Assembly (NCBI GenBank): GCA_949878485.1
Contig: CATLAM010000006.1
Location: 6,914-70,913 of the forward strand
Source of the DNA: an uncultured Eubacteriales bacterium
Lineage (GTDB): Bacteria > Bacillota > Clostridia > Christensenellales > UBA1242
DNA length: 64,000 bases
Reading direction: 5' to 3'
Both the position numbers and the translations under genes were made by a program. The notes beneath the pieces are model-generated. The model was not told the DNA's origin and searched no databases. It worked only from the letters and a program-made list of their open reading frames with translations. This document shows positions 57,748 to 64,000 of the stretch, one piece after another; within the stretch, counting starts at the first letter, position 1, and every line of letters starts with the position of its first letter.

Positions 57748-58710
57748 TTATAACAATGCAATCCAAAAAGCCAGCAAAATGTAAGGAGCCATAAATATAT
57801 GAGAGTCAACTCTGTCTAAAAGTCCACCATGACCTGGTAAGAATTTTCCGCTGTCTGAAACACCTGCTTTACGCTTAATTACAGACTCAAACAAATCCCC
57901 ACTCTGAGCAATTACAGATCCAAGCAAAACGATGATAAGATAAGCCCAAATTGGGAAAACAGACATAAGTGTTTCATAAGATGATATGCAACCAAAAATT
58001 AAATAAACACAAGCACTTAAAAGCAAACACCATAAAATTCCGCCAACAGAGCCAGAAATGGTTTTGTTTGGACTAACTTTTGGACACAATTTTTTTCCAC
58101 CAATAAGTGAGCCCATAAGATATGCAAAAGTGTCAGTAAACATAGGAATAAGAAAAGTTGTAAGCAAAATGAAAGTGGAAACATCAGACTTTGCTTCTTC
58201 CATTTTTCCAAGTGGAAGAATGTTGAAGTGATTGATAAAGATAAAAAACAAGAATAAAAACACAGGGTAAACAAAAGTAATAAGTGTGTTGAATGCTTTA
58301 ATTAAACCAAATTTGTTTACAGACATCCCAGTTATGCCACGAACAGTCATTTCATGCAAAACTTCTTTTCTTCTTAAAAATCCAAAAAGATAAGTTCCCA
58401 AAAAAACAACTGCCATTAAACCCACATCAACTAAGATTGTCCATAAAATTGTATAAATGTCGCCTGTAGATCCAACATAAGTAAGCCCAACCAAATTTGC
58501 AGTCAAAATTAAAGTTGGAAAAAATGTTGCCACATATAAAAAGTTATATCTTCCAGTTTTGCTTAAAAGTTTTGACATTTCAAATCCAGCATAACAAGCA
58601 AGCACACCAAAGAAAGCGTCAAAGAAATATTCGCTTACATAAACTTTAAGCACAAACAAAAGTGCCAAAACCACAACAATTAAAATTGAAGAATAAAATC
58701 TTTTCTTCAT
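57748..58710 (-). CDS. cdsA: phosphatidate cytidylyltransferase
   Basis: Polytopic; C-terminal SVIKRKAGVSDSGKFLPGHGGLLDRVDS signature. Confidence 0.88.
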   Translation of the reverse strand: MKKRFYSSILIVVVLALLFVLKVYVSEYFFDAFFGVLACYAGFEMSKLLSKTGRYNFLYVATFFPTLILTANLVGLTYVGSTGDIYTILWTILVDVGLMAVVFLGTYLFGFLRRKEVLHEMTVRGITGMSVNKFGLIKAFNTLITFVYPVFLFLFFIFINHFNILPLGKMEEAKSDVSTFILLTTFLIPMFTDTFAYLMGSLIGGKKLCPKVSPNKTISGSVGGILWCLLLSACVYLIFGCISSYETLMSVFPIWAYLIIVLLGSVIAQSGDLFESVIKRKAGVSDSGKFLPGHGGLLDRVDSHIFMAPYILLAFWIALL

Positions 58711-59414
58711 TATTTACCCCCAAATCTTCTGTTTCTGTTGCCAAATTCTTCGATTGCTTTAAAAAGTTCTTTCTCAGTAAATTCTGGCCAATTCTTTTCA
58801 GTAAAATACAATTCAGCATAAGCAAGTTGGAAAAGCATGAAATTTGAAATTCTAAGTTCTCCACTTGTTCTGACCATTAAATCAATGTCAGGTGCAGGAT
58901 GTGAATAAAGATTTTCTTTCAAATTCTCCACTGTAATTTCTTTCACACCTTTCTTGATAAGTTGATTTGCCGCATGAATAATGTCATCACGACCACCATA
59001 ATTGATTGCCAAATTGATGACAAGACCAGTGTTGTTTTTTGTTTTTTCAACTGTTTCTTTAATCATTTCTTGCAAATCTTCATCAAATTTTGTAAGGTCA
59101 CCCATCGGATTAAATTTGACATTATATTTTGTAAAATAATCTTGATTTGGACCAACAAGTTCTCTGACCAAATCAAAAATATACTTAACTTCTTTAGGGT
59201 CCCTGTTCCAGTTTTCAGTGGAAAAAGCAAAAAACGAAGCGTATTTCACGCCTTCAATCTTTGACAAAGACTTAACCACTATTTTAAAAATGTCAGCACC
59301 TTTTCTGTGCCCCATCATTTTATTTAAACCGCGTTTAACTGCCCATCTGCGATTTCCATCCATAATAAAAGCAATATGTTCTGGAACAATATCGAATTGT
59401 TTTTTATCTTTCAT
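58710..59414 (-). CDS. uppS: undecaprenyl diphosphate synthase
   Basis: HIAFIMDGNRRWA; RTSGELRISNFMLFQ. Confidence 0.92.
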   Translation of the reverse strand: MKDKKQFDIVPEHIAFIMDGNRRWAVKRGLNKMMGHRKGADIFKIVVKSLSKIEGVKYASFFAFSTENWNRDPKEVKYIFDLVRELVGPNQDYFTKYNVKFNPMGDLTKFDEDLQEMIKETVEKTKNNTGLVINLAINYGGRDDIIHAANQLIKKGVKEITVENLKENLYSHPAPDIDLMVRTSGELRISNFMLFQLAYAELYFTEKNWPEFTEKELFKAIEEFGNRNRRFGGK

Positions 59415-59436
59415 AAAAACCCCAAAATAATAAATT

Positions 59437-60003
59437 TTATAATTTCATCACTTCGTCTTCTTTTTCATCAGACTGTTTATCTGCCATTTCAGTATATTTA
59501 TCAATAAACTTTTGAATTTCTTTTTCACTTGCAGAAAGTTCATCTTCAGAAAGTTCGCCTTCATTTTTCAAGTCTTTAAGCATATTAAGACAATCGCGAC
59601 GAACGCCACGCATAGCAACTTTTGTTTCTTCGCAAAGTTTTTTAACAGTCTTTACAATTTCCTTTCTTCTTTCTTCAGTAAGCATAGGAAAAACAAGTCT
59701 AATTGTTTTGCCATCATTGGTTGGTGTAATTCCAATGTCAGAAGCAGAAATCGCTTTTTCAACATTTTTAATTTGAGAAGCATCCCAAACACTTATGTTT
59801 AAAATTCGTGCTTCAGAAACAGTAATTGTTGCCATTTGCACAATTGGTGTCATAACACCATAATATTCCACCATAACTTTATCTAAAATATGTGGATTTG
59901 CTCTGCCTGCCCTAATCATAAGATATTCATTTTGTTGATGATTATATGCTTTTTCTAAGTCTTGTTTGCAAGTGGAATAAATTTCTTCAACCATTTCGTT
60001 CAT
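59437..60003 (-). CDS. frr: ribosome recycling factor
   Basis: 188 aa; IRAGRANPHILD, LTEERRKE. Confidence 0.92.
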   Translation of the reverse strand: MNEMVEEIYSTCKQDLEKAYNHQQNEYLMIRAGRANPHILDKVMVEYYGVMTPIVQMATITVSEARILNISVWDASQIKNVEKAISASDIGITPTNDGKTIRLVFPMLTEERRKEIVKTVKKLCEETKVAMRGVRRDCLNMLKDLKNEGELSEDELSASEKEIQKFIDKYTEMADKQSDEKEDEVMKL

Positions 60004-60140
60004 AAAAAACTCCTTAATTTTCTTTTCTTATTAAATATATCATACAAAGCACCACTTTGGCAAACGATTTGCAAAAATAAAAGTTTATTAAATTTATTAA
60101 GATTTACTTAGACAATAAAAATAACAGCCATTAAAGACTG

Positions 60141-62075
60141 CTATTTTTGAAAATTCAAGCCAATGTCGCCAATTTCATAAGTTTTTTCAAAACTTTTTTG
60201 CAAACCATTAAACGCAGTTACAAGATTTTCATCCACTTGAACATCAATATTGGTTGTAAGCATATTGCATTGCGCAGTTGGTTTAGTGTTGAAAACTTCT
60301 GTAACCTGTTTAACATAAGCATCTTTAATTCTGGAATTAAATTTTTTATACATTGGTTGACCATAAGCAATTTCGTTTAAGTTATCAAACAAATAGTTTT
60401 TAACTCTGTCAAATAAATCATCTACACCAGAATAAATTTTACTCATTTTTGAACACTTAGAATTATAAATTTCAGAAATTTCTTCAATAAAAACTTTTGA
60501 ATTAAAAATAATTTCTTTTTCATTCAACTTAATTTCTTCAAAATCTGTTGCATCGAAAAGTTTATACATACTTTCAGTCAAATTTGTTACATTCTTTGTT
60601 ATACAATTGATGAAATCACGCTTAAATCTTACATTGCCATTTTGCATAATTTGATTTAGCATTTCAAATTGTTTTTCAGTTCTTTTCAAATCATTTTCAA
60701 AAATTTTACTTTTACGATTATATATTTCAGCAAAACTAACAATGTTATTTGCTCTTTCCAACAATTCTTCTTGTCTGTTTTCTTCCACAAAAAGTTTGAC
60801 AAATTTTTTGAAACACTGAGCATCATCTTTCAAATCAATTTCAATTTTCTTACGACACTTCCCTTCTTTAAGTCTGTTAATAACATCGTCTACTTTAAAT
60901 TTATAATTTTTTCCAAATAAAGATTTCCCCATAAACAAGAATTTTTGCATCAATTCTTTATTTTCATTTTTTCTGTCAAAGTTTGCTATTGAAGTTAAAA
61001 GAAATTCAAAGTCTTTATTTTTCATAACCAAAAAATAAGGATTTTCTTTAATGTAATCAGCAGTAAGTTCCGTCCCTACAAACTTTTCCAAACAATTGAT
61101 GTTTTTCTCAGCATAGTTATATAAATCCCAATATTTTAAATCATTTAAAGTGGAAAAATATTTTGGTTCATTATATAATTTGCTTAAAACCCTGTAATAA
61201 TTTTCTGAAATTATTTCTTTAAGGTCATTTCTAACAAACCATTCACCATTTTTAATTTTCACAGTGTCAATAAGCAACAAACTGGAATTTCCCGTCAACA
61301 GTTTTTTGACAAACTTTTGTTTTTCAATTAAAAAATCTGAATCTTTCACATTCTGTCTAAGCAAAATATAGTGAACTTTACTTGCAATAAAACTGAAAGA
61401 ATTTTTAATTTTACTCTCTGATGAAGAAAGCAAAGAAGGATTTGCTTTTAAAATGGAAAATGCTTCTTCACTATCAAAAAGTCTTTTATAAATTTTGACT
61501 TCTTTGTCCCAAACAATAAGCCTTTTTACAAGACTTGTAATGTTCGTAATTTTTAAAGTAGTGGATTTGGACATCAATGAAGTGCATTTTTCAAACATCC
61601 TAACCGTTTCTTCGTCTGTCAAATTAAGTGTATCTTGCAAACATCTGTAAATATTTCTGAAATTGTGTTGTTCAGACTTATATAAAACAATTTTCTCTCC
61701 TGAAAAACCGTCAAAATAACTGTTTAAATTTGCATCAGTCAAAACAGTGCTGTATAAAATGTTGTAAATATTTATATTCTTTTCTGTTGTTGCCTTAAAA
61801 AGTTCTCTAAGTCTATTCATTACTTCAGATTGATTTTTATCAACAAAACTGTGCATATCATGTTTCAAAAGCAAAAACCCTGCTCTTCTTTTGTTTTCAA
61901 CTGGCGTTTTATCTGCAAAATATTCAAGATGTCCACTTAAAACTTTTAAAATACGTTTAAGCATAGACAAATTATATTCATTATGCAAAAATCTATCATC
62001 AAACTTTAAGTCAAATTCTTTTTTATTAATTTGAAAATAGTTTTCAAAAAATTCTTGAATATTAATTTCTTCCAT
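60141..62075 (-). CDS. hypothetical 644-aa helical repeat protein (possible mTERF-like repeats)
   Basis: Intact ORF in the slot normally held by pyrH. LTDEETVRMFEKCTSLMSKSTTLKITNITSLVKRL and SEEAFSILKANPSLLSSSESKIKNSFSFI resemble mTERF motifs. Confidence 0.5.
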   Translation of the reverse strand: MEEINIQEFFENYFQINKKEFDLKFDDRFLHNEYNLSMLKRILKVLSGHLEYFADKTPVENKRRAGFLLLKHDMHSFVDKNQSEVMNRLRELFKATTEKNINIYNILYSTVLTDANLNSYFDGFSGEKIVLYKSEQHNFRNIYRCLQDTLNLTDEETVRMFEKCTSLMSKSTTLKITNITSLVKRLIVWDKEVKIYKRLFDSEEAFSILKANPSLLSSSESKIKNSFSFIASKVHYILLRQNVKDSDFLIEKQKFVKKLLTGNSSLLLIDTVKIKNGEWFVRNDLKEIISENYYRVLSKLYNEPKYFSTLNDLKYWDLYNYAEKNINCLEKFVGTELTADYIKENPYFLVMKNKDFEFLLTSIANFDRKNENKELMQKFLFMGKSLFGKNYKFKVDDVINRLKEGKCRKKIEIDLKDDAQCFKKFVKLFVEENRQEELLERANNIVSFAEIYNRKSKIFENDLKRTEKQFEMLNQIMQNGNVRFKRDFINCITKNVTNLTESMYKLFDATDFEEIKLNEKEIIFNSKVFIEEISEIYNSKCSKMSKIYSGVDDLFDRVKNYLFDNLNEIAYGQPMYKKFNSRIKDAYVKQVTEVFNTKPTAQCNMLTTNIDVQVDENLVTAFNGLQKSFEKTYEIGDIGLNFQK

Positions 62076-62170
62076 AGTATATCCTCTGCTTATATTCTAA
62101 CTTATATTGGTCAATCTGTCAATACCTAAAATAAAAAAAACGGCTGAAAAAATCAGTCGTTTTTTAAAAA

Positions 62171-62824
62171 TTAATTACCTGCCATTTGTTTAGCAACTTC
62201 TTCAGCCAAATTGTCGTTTCTCTTTTCCAAGCCTTCTCCAAGAGAATAACGAACAAATCTTCTTACAGAAATTTTTTCGCCAATTTGAAGAGTTGCTTCA
62301 GTCAAAATGTCGTTAACAGTTTTGCTTGAATCTTTAACAAATGGTTGATTCAAAAGGCAGAAATCTTCATAATATTTCTTAATTCTTCCTTCAACCATCT
62401 TTTCAACAACTTGTGCAGGTTTACCTTCAGCAACCGCTTGTGCTTTCAAGATTTCTTTTTCTTGTTCAAGTTCATTTACATCAACTTCTTCTGGTCTTAC
62501 ATATTTTGGATTTGCAGCAGCAATTTGCATAGCAATGTCTTTAACTAAGTTTTGGAATGCATCACTTTTTGCAACGAAGTCTGTTTCACAGTTAACTTCC
62601 ACCAAAACACCGATTTTTCCGCCCATGTGGATGTAAGAGCCAACAAGACCTTCAGAAGCAATTCTTGATTGTTTTTTGTCAACAGCCTTAAGTCCTCTTT
62701 CTCTCAAAAGAACAACCGCTTGTTCAAAATCACCATTGGCATCTGTAAGTGCTTTTTTGCATTCCATCATGCCAACGCCAGTTTGCGCTCTAAGTTTAGC
62801 AACATCTTGTGCAGTAAAACTCAT
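62171..62824 (-). CDS. tsf: elongation factor Ts
   Basis: Start MSFTAQDVAKLRAQTGVGMMECKKAL (ATG 62824, AAGGAGAA SD inside the rpsB end). Confidence 0.92.
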   Translation of the reverse strand: MSFTAQDVAKLRAQTGVGMMECKKALTDANGDFEQAVVLLRERGLKAVDKKQSRIASEGLVGSYIHMGGKIGVLVEVNCETDFVAKSDAFQNLVKDIAMQIAAANPKYVRPEEVDVNELEQEKEILKAQAVAEGKPAQVVEKMVEGRIKKYYEDFCLLNQPFVKDSSKTVNDILTEATLQIGEKISVRRFVRYSLGEGLEKRNDNLAEEVAKQMAGN

Positions 62825-62828
62825 ATTC

Positions 62829-63782
62829 TTATTCTCCTTTTTCTTCAACTTTCTTAGTTCTTGGTTTTCTAGCAGGTTTTTCTTCAACCTTTGCTTCAGC
62901 AGTTTCTTCTGCCTTAACTTCTACAGGTTTTTCTTCTGCTTTCACTTCTTTTTTAGGAGCAACCTTTTTCTTAGGTTTTTTAGATGTTTTGTTTTCTTCG
63001 CCTGCTTCAGCAAGTTCTACACTTGGTTTTGCTTGTTCAAGCAAAGTTTCCAAATCAACATTTTCATCAGCATTGTCAGCGTCGTCTTTCTTTAAAGAAA
63101 CGCCTTCTTTTGCTTCAATAACTGCATCAGCAACAGCACTTGCAATAAGTTTAACAGAACGAATTGCATCGTCGTTTCCAGGGATAACCACAGAAACATT
63201 TGAAGGGTCGCAGTTTGTGTCAACCAAACTTACAACTGGTATTTTTAAGATGTTTGCTTCGTGAACACAAATTTTTTCGTTTGTAGGGTCAACCACAAAC
63301 ATAACTCCTGGCAAATCTCTCATGTCTTTAATTCCGCCAAGATTTTTTTCAAGTTTATCTCTTTCTTGTTTAAGAAGAGCAACTTCCTTCTTTGGCAACA
63401 AATCAAATTCCCCAACTTTTTCCATTTGGTTAAGTTTGTTAAGTCTTTCGATTCTGTTTCTGATTGTTTTAAAGTTTGTAAGAGTTCCACCAAGCCAACG
63501 AGTATTCACATAATACATACCGCATCTTTCGGCTTCTTCTTTAACTGCATCTTGTGCTTGTTTTTTTGTTCCAACAAAAAGCACGCTTTTACCGCTTGCA
63601 ACAATATCACGAACAAAAGTGTATGCTTTGTCAACTTGTTGTGAAGTTGTTTCCAAGTTGATGATGTGAATATCATTTCTTGCAGTGAAAATGTATTCTT
63701 TCATCTTAGGATTCCATTTTCTTGATTGGTGACCAAAGTGAACACCTGCTTCAAGAAGTTGTTTCATTGAAATAACTGACAT
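62829..63782 (-). CDS. rpsB: 30S ribosomal protein S2 with ~70-aa K/E/A-rich C-terminal tail
   Basis: [22 protein letters not shown] start; GAGGAGG SD; tail [26 protein letters not shown]... Confidence 0.92.
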   Translation of the reverse strand: MSVISMKQLLEAGVHFGHQSRKWNPKMKEYIFTARNDIHIINLETTSQQVDKAYTFVRDIVASGKSVLFVGTKKQAQDAVKEEAERCGMYYVNTRWLGGTLTNFKTIRNRIERLNKLNQMEKVGEFDLLPKKEVALLKQERDKLEKNLGGIKDMRDLPGVMFVVDPTNEKICVHEANILKIPVVSLVDTNCDPSNVSVVIPGNDDAIRSVKLIASAVADAVIEAKEGVSLKKDDADNADENVDLETLLEQAKPSVELAEAGEENKTSKKPKKKVAPKKEVKAEEKPVEVKAEETAEAKVEEKPARKPRTKKVEEKGE

Positions 63783-64000
63783 AATTTAATAACCTCCTCG
63801 TTTTTTGTCTTCCTCAAAGTATAAACTTTCAAACCAGCCCAAGCGAAATGCTTTTACATTTAAGTAGATTCGCAAAATACCAAACAAAACAAAAACTTAA
63901 ATGCGTTCAGGCAACGACCATTGAAATGCCCTTTGAGTGTATATTTGTCTCAATGACTTTTGGAGTATAACATATATAAAAAAATAAATCAAGCAAAAAT

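Noticed and set aside
1-64000. Possibility that the whole genome uses table 4 (UGA=Trp), which would make the TGA codons in xis and rep unremarkable
   Set aside because: All core orthologs in the window are full length under the standard code, so every host Trp is TGG. AT-rich code-4 genomes normally use TGA for most Trp codons. Three host genes end at TGA in classic stop geometries (28902, 34756, 40885). This still needs whole-genome confirmation.
63783-64000. Long AT-rich leader upstream of rpsB as a structured autoregulatory RNA
   Set aside because: Plausible in principle, but I could not define a convincing conserved fold by eye; left uncalled.

Overview
AT-rich, low-GC Bacillota-type chromosome segment. 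About 86% of it is minus-strand housekeeping genes in Bacillus-like order: nifU-nifS-trxA-tcdA; hslUV-trmFO-topA-dprA-comM; rny; clpX-clpP-tig; ylxM-ffh-rpsP-rimM-trmD-rbgA; lepA; efp; truB-nrnA-rbfA-infB-nusA-rimP; rseP-cdsA-uppS-frr; tsf-rpsB. I saw no rRNA, tRNA or CRISPR. The one clear accessory region is an island of about 8.1 kb (roughly 10.9-19.0 kb) between comM and two small membrane-protein genes. It carries a Tn916-type int/xis pair, two HTH regulators, unknown cargo genes and an HUH rolling-circle Rep. Main finding: xis (12420-12641) and rep (17973-18800) are missing from the standard-code ORF track because each is interrupted only by TGA. There are 5 in-frame TGA and no TGG in these two genes. 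Read as Trp, both become complete, SD-initiated genes with sensible ends. The other nine island genes use TGG (19 of 19 Trp codons). All host genes use TGG, and three host genes stop at TGA. This looks like gene-selective UGA-to-sense recoding of only the excision and replication functions of an integrated element in a code-11 host. It may be a codon-gated switch that needs a UGA suppressor, for example from a recoded helper phage. Secondary observations: (1) several conserved-synteny slots hold divergent or apparently catalytically degenerate homologs (Rho-like without a P-loop, thymidine-kinase-like without the P-loop Lys, TrmFO-like without the catalytic Cys); (2) the polC slot holds only an OB+exonuclease protein; (3) the pyrH slot holds a 644-aa repeat protein. 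All family assignments come from reading motifs by eye; no searches were run.
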